A stretch of DNA of 64,000 nucleotides from contig CBDAOB010000001.1 in the NCBI GenBank assembly GCA_965197905.1, forward strand, positions 96,001-160,000. The letters are read 5' to 3'. The position numbers and the translations under genes were made by a program. Below, piece by piece: positions 41,997-51,972 of this stretch (within the stretch, counting starts at the first letter, position 1; each line of letters starts with the position of its first letter). The stretch is from Candidatus Latescibacterota bacterium. Its GTDB lineage: Bacteria; Latescibacterota; UBA2968; UBA8231. The notes below the pieces were generated by a model that saw only the letters and a list, made by a program, of their open reading frames with translations, was not told where the DNA came from and did no database searches.

Positions 41997-44213
41997 ATGA
42001 GCCGCATCCATGAATGGAATTTTCCGTTGCCCCGGACCCATACCGGGATTTTGCAGGGCAACGGAACCTTTGGGGTCATGATCTGGGGTGAAGGCAGCGT
42101 ACTCAACCTTACCCTGGGACGCGCCGACCTCTGGGATCGCCGCGGGGGTCTGGACTGGTCGGCCGAGCAGACCTACAGCACCATTCGTTCGCTGCTCGAG
42201 CAAAGGGACGAACCGGGCCTGAAAAAGCTGTTCGAGGACAGCGATCGACCCGCCGGCATTCCGCGGCGCCCCTCTGTACTTCCCCTCGGTCGATTCGAGA
42301 TCGACCTCGGCCGCGCCCGCTTGAAAAAGGGGTATCTGAAAATCGACACCGGCGAGATCGACCTGGAGATATCGGTCGACAACGCCAGCAAGCGTATTCG
42401 TGCGGTTCTCGATATGAACGCTCCGGTGCTTGCTCTGCGTTTCCCCGCCGGTTTCAAACCGAAACAGGTGCGGCCAATTCCAGCCTGGGAAGCCCTCGGC
42501 GAATACCTGCAGAGCATAAGTTTCGATCCCCCGGCGTTGTTGGAGCGCAAGAAGATCTGCGGATGGACGCAGGAACGTCCCGTTGATCCCTGTATATGTG
42601 TTGCCGGGCGACGAGATGCCCGCGTGTTACGCGTAACCGCCGTCGAAGGGGGGTCTCCCAAGTCAGCCGAAGCTTCCGCTTCGCGCCTGTTGAAGCGATC
42701 CGAAAAAGCCGGATTCCAAACCCTGCAACGTGAAAACCGCAAGTGGTGGTCTGCCTATTGGGATGACGTGCCTCGCATCGACATACCCAACAAGGACCTT
42801 TGTTTTCTCTACGAGTACGGCATGTATAAGTTTGCCGGGCTGACCAGTCCGCAAGGAGTGGCGGCCACCCTGCAGGGGCCGTGGATCGAGGAGTACCAGA
42901 TGCCTCCCTGGTCCGGTGACTATCACTTCAACATCAACGTACAGATGTGTTATTGGCCGGCGTATCACGGCAACCGCCTGGAACATTTGCGGCCCCTCTT
43001 CGATCTGCTGAAAGACTGGCGTCCCAAACTGCAGGAGAACGCCCGAAGTTTCCTGGGTATCGACGACGGCCTCATGCTTCCCCATGCGGTGGACGATCGC
43101 TGCGTCGCCATGGGCGGTTTCTGGTCCGGTCATGTCGACCACGGCTGCACCGCCTGGGTCGCCGAGATGATGCACCGGTATTACCGCTTCACCGGTGATC
43201 GCAAGTTCCTCGAAGAAGAAGCCTTCCCGTTCATGGTGGGTGCCATGCGGGTCTACGAAGAGCTGTTGGAACGGAACGGCGATAGCCTCGAGCTTCCTGT
43301 AGGTGTCTCCCCCGAATACCGCGGTTCGCAGATCGACGCCTGGGGTCGCAACGCCAGCTTTCAGCTGGCCTGCATCCATCGACTCTGCACCAATCTATCT
43401 GCGACCGCCGAGGAGCTGGGCTTCGAACCACAGCCGATCTGGACCGAGGTACGAGAGCATCTACCCCAAGCTTCCTTGATCGGCGAGGCCGGTGAGGAAC
43501 AGATAGCGCTGTGGGATGGGACTCGGCTGGAGGAGAGTCATCGCCACCACTCCCACCTGGCCGCCTTGTGCCCATTCGACACCCTCAATATCGACAATGA
43601 GGATTGGCGCCCAATCATCGAACGGAGCCTGCAACACTGGATCAAAACCGGGCCCGGGATGTGGAGCGGTTGGTGTGTGCCCTGGGCGAGCATGATCTGC
43701 GCCCGCACTGGCATGCCCGAAGCGGCGGAGCTCTGGTTGGAAATCTGGCGCCACCTGTTCACCAACGAAGGGCACGGAACCCTGCACGATGTCGACTTCG
43801 CCGGTTTCTCCCTCATGGGAAAAGGAGTGAGCGCTTCCAAGTCCACGAAGCTGGAGATCATGCAGATGGATGCCGGCATGGCCTGCGTCGCGGCGCTGCA
43901 GGAGATGCTGCTCCACGTCCGCGGCGGCGTGAACTATCTGTTCTGCGGAGCTTCCGCGAGGTGGCAGAGGGTCGGTTTCGAAGGCATGCGCACCGAAGGC
44001 GGATTCTTCGTCAGCGCCCGGCGGTGCGACGGAAAGATCAGACCGATATCCGTCACAAGCCTCAACGGCGGGGTGTTCCGATTGAAGAACCCCTGGGACG
44101 GAGAAGCCTTGTTAGAGCGCAAGGGTAAAAAGAAACGACGGCTCTCCGGAGTAGTGTTTGAGGTTGCGGCGAAACGGGGTGAGTCGTTCGTGCTCGCACC
44201 TGCCGACGGTTGA
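41997..44213 (+). CDS. glycoside hydrolase, GH95-like (alpha/alpha)6 barrel
   Basis: GNGTFG, WSGDYHFNINVQMCYW, SPE, HRHHSHL, QEMLL. Confidence 0.8.
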   Translation: MSRIHEWNFPLPRTHTGILQGNGTFGVMIWGEGSVLNLTLGRADLWDRRGGLDWSAEQTYSTIRSLLEQRDEPGLKKLFEDSDRPAGIPRRPSVLPLGRFEIDLGRARLKKGYLKIDTGEIDLEISVDNASKRIRAVLDMNAPVLALRFPAGFKPKQVRPIPAWEALGEYLQSISFDPPALLERKKICGWTQERPVDPCICVAGRRDARVLRVTAVEGGSPKSAEASASRLLKRSEKAGFQTLQRENRKWWSAYWDDVPRIDIPNKDLCFLYEYGMYKFAGLTSPQGVAATLQGPWIEEYQMPPWSGDYHFNINVQMCYWPAYHGNRLEHLRPLFDLLKDWRPKLQENARSFLGIDDGLMLPHAVDDRCVAMGGFWSGHVDHGCTAWVAEMMHRYYRFTGDRKFLEEEAFPFMVGAMRVYEELLERNGDSLELPVGVSPEYRGSQIDAWGRNASFQLACIHRLCTNLSATAEELGFEPQPIWTEVREHLPQASLIGEAGEEQIALWDGTRLEESHRHHSHLAALCPFDTLNIDNEDWRPIIERSLQHWIKTGPGMWSGWCVPWASMICARTGMPEAAELWLEIWRHLFTNEGHGTLHDVDFAGFSLMGKGVSASKSTKLEIMQMDAGMACVAALQEMLLHVRGGVNYLFCGASARWQRVGFEGMRTEGGFFVSARRCDGKIRPISVTSLNGGVFRLKNPWDGEALLERKGKKKRRLSGVVFEVAAKRGESFVLAPADG

Positions 44214-44220
44214 GACCCCT

Positions 44221-45186
44221 CTACCCGGTGTAAATCTCGCCGGCCAGGCGCACCTTCTGTCTGCCGTCCGCGTCGGCGAAGAGCCGACCATGGTATTTTG
44301 GTTTGCTGTTGAGTAGCACTCTCGCCGGGTCCGATGACCTGGTTTCAGTAGCCACAACGTCACCAACCTTGAGACCGCGCACCTCGGCGGCGCTGAGCGA
44401 AGCGCGACCCAGTTCTACTTCGACCTGAAGCGGGACCTGACCCAGGCGCAACCGATTCTGCAGGACCACCTCCGGCTCTGTCGGTCGCGCCATCTGCTCG
44501 TTCGCCGGCCGGTCGAGCAGTTTCAGGATGCTCTGAATCGTGAAATACGGATAGCAGAGTTTTATCCGCCCTTTCACGTTTTCGTCTTCGACCTCGAAGC
44601 AGAGCAGCAGAACAATTTCGCTGTCGTTGGTGATCTTCATGAAGTCCGGATTCGTCTCCAGTTCGATATCCTGAATATGCATCTGAATGATCGGTTCCCA
44701 GGTCGCTTCCAGATCCGAGAAAACTTTGCGGGCGAGGTGGTGGTATTCGTACACCTCGATCGGGGTCACACATCGCGGCTCCTGTCCGTTCGCGTCGCCC
44801 TTGCCGCCGAACCGTTTGTCCAGGTAGCCGAATACCAAGGGCAACTCGAAGTCCATGAAGGCATGCCCCTTGCATGGATTCATCCTGAACTGATAGGTGA
44901 AGGACGGGTTGCCCAACGATTCCATAGCCTCCCGGTAGGTGGTCTGATCGACAAATGCCATCTTCACCGCGACCGGGGAGCGCATCAACCTGGAAAAGGT
45001 GTAGCCCAGCAAGCGGGCGAGGTTGTCGTGTAGCATCTCGAAGAAACGCAGCTGAGTTTTGTTGACCCGTGCCGGATGTTTGAAGTCGTAGTCCGTCACA
45101 TTGCGTTGGGCGTCTTTCTCCTCGAACTGAGGGAATTGGCCGCCGGCAACTTTCTTAAGACGTTCCTTTTGAATGATGTCAGCCAT
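44221..45186 (-). CDS. fliM: flagellar switch FliM-like protein
   Basis: YDFKHPARV, FGGKG, ETNP, LCYPY, C-terminal SpoA domain; no LSQxEID N-terminal motif. Confidence 0.8.
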   Translation of the reverse strand: MADIIQKERLKKVAGGQFPQFEEKDAQRNVTDYDFKHPARVNKTQLRFFEMLHDNLARLLGYTFSRLMRSPVAVKMAFVDQTTYREAMESLGNPSFTYQFRMNPCKGHAFMDFELPLVFGYLDKRFGGKGDANGQEPRCVTPIEVYEYHHLARKVFSDLEATWEPIIQMHIQDIELETNPDFMKITNDSEIVLLLCFEVEDENVKGRIKLCYPYFTIQSILKLLDRPANEQMARPTEPEVVLQNRLRLGQVPLQVEVELGRASLSAAEVRGLKVGDVVATETRSSDPARVLLNSKPKYHGRLFADADGRQKVRLAGEIYTG

Positions 45187-46162
45187 CGTTTCCCTCCTCG
45201 GAGTCTTCACCCCCCACTTGTCGCACCGCGGTGCTAAGCTCGCGGTCCTCCTTTTCCAGGTTCGTCACCAGCCGCTCGCGCAGTTCATTCGAGGTTTTCT
45301 CAAGCAAGCTGCCAAGCGCCTGCGCGCCCCCCACTGTGCTCGTACGTTCCGCCAGCTCCATCAAACCCATGGAATCGACGACTCGATCGAGGACGCCGGC
45401 CTCAACCTCCCCCGGTGAGCCGATCCGCCGCGATACGTCCGCCTGCATTGACTCGGGAAGGTGGGAGAGGATGGCTGCTCCCTGATCCGGATTCAGATTC
45501 GCCAGTATCAGAGCCACCGTTTGAGGTAATTCCTGTTGCAACAAAGAGGCTACCTGGTCGGGCGCACACTGTTGCAGTAACTCGAAGCCGGAAGCTTTCT
45601 CCTTCTTGGCCCTGCTGATATATGCCCGGGCACCATAACCACCGAGCGCCTTCTCAAGGAATTCACGCGCCCTGCCCTCGCCGCCATACTCCAGATAGTC
45701 CCCAGTTTCAATTCGTCGGCGCACCATCTCCAGAGCGGTCATGGCGCGGGCGTGGGTCACCTCGCTCAAGTTGGAGATAGCTCGCGTCGCCGACTCCAAC
45801 GCATCACCCCCCATATGCCGAAACACCGTCGGAGCAACCTCATCGCCCAATACCAGCAGCACCGCAGCGACGATCTGTTCCGCATCGAGACCGCTAAGGT
45901 CCCCGCTCCCTCCTTCGTTGCGGTCCTGTATAGTCCGCAACACGGCGGCAGCCGCGCCGGCATTTTGAAAGACGTAGGCGTGGGTACTGTCCTCCTGGAT
46001 CCCTCCCGGTAAACGCTTCTCCTCAGGCTCGTCTGTCGGTGTCCATCCACGTCTTCTGGGCGTCTCGGGAGCTGGATGCACTTCCAGGTCTGAGGATGAC
46101 GGCCATTCCCAGTCTTTTACGGTTGCGGGGCCATCGATCGATCCGAGTATCTTCCTGGTCAT
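45179..46162 (-). CDS. fliG: FliG-like protein (N and middle domains only)
   Basis: AAVLLVLGDE, GGEGRAREFLEKALG, QELPQTVALIL, VGGAQALGSLL; ends before the MFxF C-terminal domain. Confidence 0.75.
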   Translation of the reverse strand: MTRKILGSIDGPATVKDWEWPSSSDLEVHPAPETPRRRGWTPTDEPEEKRLPGGIQEDSTHAYVFQNAGAAAAVLRTIQDRNEGGSGDLSGLDAEQIVAAVLLVLGDEVAPTVFRHMGGDALESATRAISNLSEVTHARAMTALEMVRRRIETGDYLEYGGEGRAREFLEKALGGYGARAYISRAKKEKASGFELLQQCAPDQVASLLQQELPQTVALILANLNPDQGAAILSHLPESMQADVSRRIGSPGEVEAGVLDRVVDSMGLMELAERTSTVGGAQALGSLLEKTSNELRERLVTNLEKEDRELSTAVRQVGGEDSEEGNDG

Positions 46163-46464
46163 GGCGCCACCTCCGTGGGACCGGAAGGATGGGCCAACCG
46201 CGTCATCCGGAGTGCCAGCTGCCCGACGCGTGCGGAGTGTGCTGTCTTCGGAACCGATAGAAGCCCTTCTCCAAACGGAACGCCTTCGACGAATACATTG
46301 TAGTTGCCTGTGTGGAGACCTGAGACAACCAGGACGTCGCCGGTGTTGAGCTTCCCTGCTTCTGCCATCGTCATCTTCACACGTCCCAATTCTACATCTA
46401 ACCGTAGCTGCAAGTCTCCCAGGTGAGAGACGTTTCGTTGTTCAACCGAGGAAGAGGTTGCCAT
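46159..46464 (-). CDS. FliM/FliN SpoA-domain protein
   Basis: LRLDVELGR, LNTGDVL, VFVEGVPFGEG. Confidence 0.7.
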   Translation of the reverse strand: MATSSSVEQRNVSHLGDLQLRLDVELGRVKMTMAEAGKLNTGDVLVVSGLHTGNYNVFVEGVPFGEGLLSVPKTAHSARVGQLALRMTRLAHPSGPTEVAP

Positions 46465-46467
46465 GGC

Positions 46468-46782
46468 TCACCTCACGATCTCGGTAATGCGCACTCCGAA
46501 TTTCTCATTGACGGTGACCACCTGTCCTTTGGCGATCACCTTGCCGTTGATCAAAACGTCGGCGGGATCCGCAACGTAACGATCCAACTCGATCACGCTC
46601 TCTTCGTCGAAGTTGAGTGCCTCATCCAGCGTGATCGTCGCCCCACCAACACGCAACGTCACTGCAACCGGTACGTCATCTATCTCGGCGTGGCGACCGT
46701 TGGGTTGCACGGCGGGCCGCGACTTCGCTTTAGGTAAACGAGGTGCCTTCTTCTTGCTGCTGGTCGATTTTCTGGTAGCCAT
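46468..46782 (-). CDS. fliN: flagellar switch protein FliN
   Basis: DVPVAVT, SVIELD, LINGKVIAKGQVVTVNEKFGVRITEI. Confidence 0.88.
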   Translation of the reverse strand: MATRKSTSSKKKAPRLPKAKSRPAVQPNGRHAEIDDVPVAVTLRVGGATITLDEALNFDEESVIELDRYVADPADVLINGKVIAKGQVVTVNEKFGVRITEIVR

Positions 46783-46929
46783 GGTCTGCTCCTGATACGT
46801 TTAAGTGACGCTAGCGATGGTTGATCGCGTCACCTGTGCGTTTCGGCGATCTACCTCTGCATGTTCGGCGCTTGGGGGCTGACCCAGTTTTTGCGTATTC
46901 TCATAATATCCAATATCACTGTAGATAAA

Positions 46930-47163
46930 ATGACTAATTCAACCGAGCTGACAACAAGAGACGTACTACATCAAGTCGATCGAAGATTGACCCGCATCGA
47001 GGACGACCTCCGTTCTCTCGAGACCAAGGTCGACCATGGGTTTGGCAGACTTGACACAAAGATTGATACAGGGCTTGCCCGGTCCGACGACAAATTTCGC
47101 TGGAGTTACGGTTTGATGTTCGCCTCCTGGCTTTCCCTCATGGGCGCCATTCTGCTCAAATAG
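46930..47163 (+). CDS. small coiled-coil protein with C-terminal TM helix
   Basis: Heptad pattern VDRRLTRIEDDLRSLETKVD..LDTKID, then RWSYGLMFASWLSLMGAILLK. Confidence 0.6.
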   Translation: MTNSTELTTRDVLHQVDRRLTRIEDDLRSLETKVDHGFGRLDTKIDTGLARSDDKFRWSYGLMFASWLSLMGAILLK

Positions 47164-47286
47164 CGTCACGACCTCTTCTTTCTCTGGAAACGATACCGTT
47201 CAGTGTGGGCAATGTCAATCAAATTGTACCACGCCTAAGTACCACGGTATCAGCCTGTTGAGTGCCCAAATGGCGGTGGTCGCTCG

Positions 47287-47315
47287 TTGACAATCAGCGT
47301 CCTGACCATTATCGT
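47287..47315 (+). promoter_or_regulatory. sigma70-type promoter for tRNA-Glu
   Basis: TTGACA - 17 nt - TATCGT, ending 26 nt before the tRNA. Confidence 0.6.
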
Positions 47316-48949
47316 TTTTGTGGATTTCGATGTCGAGAATTGGCCCGTTCGTCTAGAGGCCTAGGACGCCGGCCTCTCACGCCGGTAGCACGGGTTCGAA
47401 TCCCGTACGGGCTACCAACTGTTACGTCTCGCTGAACCCCCGCTACAAGGTTTTCACCTTCACCGGGGAAGAAAGCGAGACGTATTTTTTGTGGTGTCCA
47501 GATGAGGCGATTGAGGCGCAATTGGATGAGGTGGCGACGTTCCTCGTCGGTGGCCTGCTGGTAGAGGTCCCCAAAGGTGGTCAGTGAGGTCGTCAGTGCC
47601 TGCGCACTGACGACCTTCTTTTTTGCCGTATCGATTTCGTTGTCCAGCACCAGAATCTCGTCGTCGAGTTGCTCTTCTTGGGCCTCGAGTTCAACGATCT
47701 CCTTGGCCACCGATTTCGTCCGCCCCTGCTTCAACGCCTCGATTAGATGTTCGATCTGCCGTTGCACGCGACGCTGGTGGGCGCTGAGCGCACTGCGCCT
47801 TTGGGTATAATTTCCCAGCACCTCGTCGATGTCGATCATAGCCTCCTGCACCAAACGCTCGACGCTGTGATCTTGTTGGCTCAGTTCGATGAGGCGCGCG
47901 GCGACCACCTGCTCTAGGGGTCCGGCGGGGACGTTGGCCATGGAGCAGGCATCGGGTCCCCGGCGGTTGCGGTTGGAACAGGTGTAGTAGTGATAAACCT
48001 TGCCGTGGCGCCCGGCACCGTAATAGGGGGTCATGGCAGCCCCACATTCGCCACAGCGCACCAGGCCTTTGAGCTGGTAGACATGCAGGTTTTCGGCGCG
48101 GGCCTTGGCGCCTTTGTTACTGGCAGCGATACACTGCACCCGTTCCCACGAATCGGCGGCAATGATGGGCTCATGTTGGCCATCGTAGACGGCCCCTTTG
48201 TGGGTAATCTGTCCCTTGTAGAAGGGGTTGAGCAGAATCCGCTTGATCGACATGGTGGCAAAGGCCTTACCGGGTTGGATCTTACCGCGCCGGGAGACGT
48301 AGGATTTGCTGCGATACCCTTTGCGGTTGATGATCTCAGCGGTGCGGCGATAGCTCTTTTCCTGGAGATAGGTCTCATAAATCAAGCTCACCAGCTGCCG
48401 TTCCTGCGGGTTTACCGTGGGGATACCCGGGTTGTTCGGATCGACATCGTAGCCGAGGATCTGGCCGCCGTTGGCCAGTCCTTTGCGCGCCCGCCAAGCC
48501 AGCTTTTGCGTGGTGCGCTCGGAGGTCTGCTCGCGCTCCAGCTCGGCAATCACTAGCAAGATCTTCATCACCGCGCGGCCGGTGGCGGTGCTGGTATCCA
48601 GGCTTTCAGCCAACGAGATAAACGAGGCACCGCGTTGCTCGAGGGTTTCCAACAGGTGGTAAAAATCCGGCAACGAGCGCGTAATGCGGTCGATCTTAGT
48701 ACAGACCACCGTATCCACCTTGCCGGTGTCGACGTCAGCTAGAAGCTTTTGATACTGCGGGCGGTCGGTATTTTTGCCCGACTGCCCTTCTTCGCGATAG
48801 CGCGCCACCACCCGCCACTCCTCGTCGCCGCTACGGCTGCGCAGTTTAACCGCATCTTGCAGCAGATCCAGCTGGGTATCCAGCGAGCCGTCTTTTACCT
48901 GGGCTTGATCGGCGGTGCTGACGCGGGCGTAGATGGCGCAACGTTTCAT
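47309..48949 (-). CDS. large serine recombinase (integrase)
   Basis: AIYARVST, DRPQYQ, KIDRITRS, ILLNPFYKG, HEPII, zinc ribbon CGECG...YYTC...C, coiled coil. Confidence 0.95.
   Translation of the reverse strand: MKRCAIYARVSTADQAQVKDGSLDTQLDLLQDAVKLRSRSGDEEWRVVARYREEGQSGKNTDRPQYQKLLADVDTGKVDTVVCTKIDRITRSLPDFYHLLETLEQRGASFISLAESLDTSTATGRAVMKILLVIAELEREQTSERTTQKLAWRARKGLANGGQILGYDVDPNNPGIPTVNPQERQLVSLIYETYLQEKSYRRTAEIINRKGYRSKSYVSRRGKIQPGKAFATMSIKRILLNPFYKGQITHKGAVYDGQHEPIIAADSWERVQCIAASNKGAKARAENLHVYQLKGLVRCGECGAAMTPYYGAGRHGKVYHYYTCSNRNRRGPDACSMANVPAGPLEQVVAARLIELSQQDHSVERLVQEAMIDIDEVLGNYTQRRSALSAHQRRVQRQIEHLIEALKQGRTKSVAKEIVELEAQEEQLDDEILVLDNEIDTAKKKVVSAQALTTSLTTFGDLYQQATDEERRHLIQLRLNRLIWTPQKIRLAFFPGEGENLVAGVQRDVTVGSPYGIRTRATGVRGRRPRPLDERANSRHRNPQKR
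47342..47417 (+). tRNA. tRNA-Glu (anticodon CTC)
   Basis: 76 nt cloverleaf: acceptor GGCCCGT/ACGGGCT, anticodon arm CCGGC-CTCTCAC-GCCGG, GGTTCGAATCC, encoded CCA. Confidence 0.97.
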
Positions 48950-49020
48950 ACCTTGATCTCCACCGTTCCTGTAATTCCCTTGCCATCGCCTTGACGTAGA
49001 CGATGGCAAGGGAAGGTTTC

Positions 49021-49200
49021 TCAGTTAGACGCCGAGGGATCGTTGACCCGGCGCAGGAGCACCCGACGTGCCAGCTCGCGAAAGGCCTGGTCACGCTGGG
49101 CTTGGTCGACTTCGGCGTATGGATTACCCGGGTTCGCTACGTCCGGAGGATCGATCGCCACCGCTATTTTCTCCCAATCAATGGGCGTCTTCGCCGCCAT
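49021..49200 (-). CDS. 59-aa protein upstream of the recombinase (not in ORF track)
   Basis: AAGGAG RBS; MAAKTPIDWEKIAVAIDPPDVANPGNPYAEVDQAQRDQAFRELARRVLLRRVNDPSASN*. Confidence 0.6.
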   Translation of the reverse strand: MAAKTPIDWEKIAVAIDPPDVANPGNPYAEVDQAQRDQAFRELARRVLLRRVNDPSASN

Positions 49201-50344
49201 TGCATCGCTCCTTAGGAGCAGTGCAATGGGGGGTGAAAGGGATACTCAACATCTGAAACTTTCCTTTCGGCTTGCGCCGCGTTCCTGCAGCTTCCTACCC
49301 TCCCGCCAACAGGTCCGGCAGCTCACCCGTCTGTCGGGCAAGGATGCACTGTGGATCCGGCTCCCAGGCGGCCTGTGTTGCAACTACCGATGCTAGCTAC
49401 AGCCTCGTCTCACCTCTGTACTCGCTTTTCATATTCTAGCGTTCTGACCTCGGCGCTACGTCCTCTTTATCTACCTCCGCCTCGTCTCGGTGATCTGACC
49501 TCGACTGGCCTACGTCGCACCCAGAGAACACAAAACGCTGCTGCTCGAGGCGCATAGATCCCCCCGGCAAGCAAGCTATCGCCGTGTGGGAGGACGCTAA
49601 TTCGCTACGAGCAGCAGCGTCAACTGCTCATGTCATGCCCGCCGTGTTGGCGACGGGTCTCTCTACTCAGCTGGCGCAACCACCAGCACTTATCTTACAA
49701 AAGGCTTAGTCCATTATAGTGAACGCGCGCGAAGGTGTCAAGCTGCTGCGCCGGATAGTGGCAAGGTGGCCAAACACCGGAGAGGTTAGGTTGGCCACCT
49801 TGGGTCCTGAGCCAGTGCCCACAATGGCTTGGACGAGAATAACGCCGACAGGGTCCAGGTCTCCAACGAGATCTGGGAGTGGCGGCGAGTGTTTTCGCCA
49901 ATACAGCGTGCATACGACCTTCAGCGCCCAAAACAGGTTCGGGGCGACGATCCGCTACGAGCTCGACACGTGGATCTATAACAGCGCCACCCACAAGGAT
50001 CACTGGAAACGATTCAAGCTAAGCATTGTTGATCCAGCGTTACGTTGTGGAGACCGCAACCGTGTCCTGTTTGACGCGGATCCAGCAGATGCCCAAAAAG
50101 CCACGGCGTGCCACCATGCCCGCCGATTGGACCCCGGGATCCACGAAGTAGCAGTTAAGACCCCACACCGCCAGCCCGCCCGATTCATGACCACAACGAA
50201 TCGCCGCGGCATTACGGTATGAGGTTGGAAGGCGGTTAATAGTGGAATGTTGGTCCCGGGGCGAGGGCGGGGACCAATATTTCTCAAGTTTTCACGCCAG
50301 CCGTCGATTTCTCTAGGTGGACGCACCGTCCAACCTTGGGGCTC

Positions 50345-50394
50345 CCTGTCGAGTACCACTCCGGTACTCGACAGGGATTTTTTTACCACAAGGT
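50345..50394 (+). terminator. intrinsic terminator-like hairpin (copy 1)
   Basis: ccctgtcgagtacc-actcc-ggtactcgacaggg followed by a T7 run. Confidence 0.75.
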
Positions 50395-50395
50395 G

Positions 50396-50578
50396 TTATT
50401 CTCCGCCCACCACTCGCTTACCTCGTGCGCAGTCCGCATCGCGGGCTGCAAGGGTCACCTGCCAGGTGAAGTCCTTCGACAGCGAGCAACCGATGTTGTA
50501 GTAACAATCGCCGTCCTCGCCGCATCCGCCTAATACGGCCAGGAACGCCACCATTAGCGTGCCGAATATCCACTTCAT
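50396..50578 (-). pseudogene. internally deleted paralogue of lipoprotein 51233..51634
   Basis: Signal peptide MKW...LGGC joined directly to the C-terminal EDGDCYY...WQVTLA.RDADCARGK. Confidence 0.7.
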
Positions 50579-50653
50579 TATAATCCTCCTTGGAAGAGCT
50601 GAAGCGCCTGGGGACATTCTCTGGCGCGGCAGAGGATCTGTAGCCACCCCCGA

Positions 50654-51000
50654 TCAGACCACGAGTTTCCGAATTGATTCCAGCAACTCCTCCGCACTAA
50701 ATGGCTTCTCCAAGCTACCCTGCGCACCCAGCTCCTGCACCGCGCCAGGATCAACCCCGCCAAAGTTGCCACTCATAATCGGGACCGTGAGTCCGCTGTT
50801 CCTGACCTCCTGAATGAGCTTCTCGCCCCTCATCGGCATGTTCAAATCAGTGATAATCAAATCCATCTACTCGTAAGACCGCTGTCCAGCGCCGGCACCG
50901 CGTCGTCAAACGTGACAGGGTCATAGCCCTCGTTCCTCAATAGGGCAGATAAACTCCGCCTGACAAACGGGTCGTCTTCAACGATTGCGATCCTTTTCAT
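50654..51000 (-). pseudogene. single-domain response regulator, frameshifted near 50870
   Basis: MKRIAIVEDDPFVR... then DLIITDLNMP...LEKPF in another frame. Confidence 0.7.
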
Positions 51001-51232
51001 CTCGCGGTGCTAAAGCGATGGAGTGATTTCGGGGGCGGTGTCCCAACCATTTTGGCCATCAATCTTGAAGGTCGCTAGGGTCGAAAGAATCCTACCGGGG
51101 ATCGACCAGGTCCAGAGTGCCGATCCAACGCTTAGACGCTTCATGAACATGTCTCCAGGGAATGGCTTACGTGGACACCGGAGCTGATGACGAGTCCGGA
51201 TACCAGCTCACGGCCATATCGTCTCATCGCAG

Positions 51233-51634
51233 CTACTTGCCGCTGCCTGTCACCAACTTACCTCGTGCGCAGTCCGCGTCACGGGAGGCAAGCGTAACCT
51301 GCCAGGCGGAGTCCTTCGACAGGCTCCGTCCAACGTCGTAATAGCAATCACCATCCTCGTCCGCCACTCGTAGGTCGTATTTGCCCGAAATGAGATCAAT
51401 CTGCTTCGACTGGCCAAACTCCAATATCTCCGTTGCGCCCAAACGATCATCTCCCCAGATGGCGCTGCCGGCAGGAGAAACGTGGACCGTGACTATGTTC
51501 CATGTGGCGCCTTCATTGGTCAGCCTATTTTCAACGGTCAGGGTCACCGTCTTCGAAGACGCCGGATTGTCATCGCCGCAGCCGATTGCGACAGCCAGAA
51601 ACGCCACCATCAAAATACTGCGCAGCCACTTCAT
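51233..51634 (-). CDS. small lipoprotein
   Basis: Lipobox AIGC; VSP...WGDDRLG, GKYDLRVADEDGDC; GGAGG RBS. Confidence 0.8.
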   Translation of the reverse strand: MKWLRSILMVAFLAVAIGCGDDNPASSKTVTLTVENRLTNEGATWNIVTVHVSPAGSAIWGDDRLGATEILEFGQSKQIDLISGKYDLRVADEDGDCYYDVGRSLSKDSAWQVTLASRDADCARGKLVTGSGK

Positions 51635-51972
51635 ATTTTCCTCCGTGGAAAAGCAGCAAAGCCTCTAAGACAACCGTGTCGAGCGCGTCCTCAAGTGCCT
51701 TCACTGCGGTGAAGAGCAGGTTGTTGGAGATCGCCAATGAGGTCCGTACTTACTGAGGTAGGCTATTCCGACTTCCATCCACCAACACCTTCGCCTCGTA
51801 CCAGAACGGCCCACAGCAACAGCACGATCGACATTTTTTTTACATTTTAATACTCAAACTACTCGAGAGGACAATATAATTACTTCCAGTATGTATTGCA
51901 ATAACATCGCACTTAAAGGACGTAGAGTCTTCCAAACGTTCGCTCATAGATTTGCGTATAGGAGGCATTGTT

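Noticed and set aside
49719..50222. ORF containing SAQNRFGATIR
   Set aside because: Only a short stretch looks protein-like; probably a fragment, function unsupported.
51650..51840. Possible transposase remnant
   Set aside because: No DDE motif or terminal repeats identifiable.
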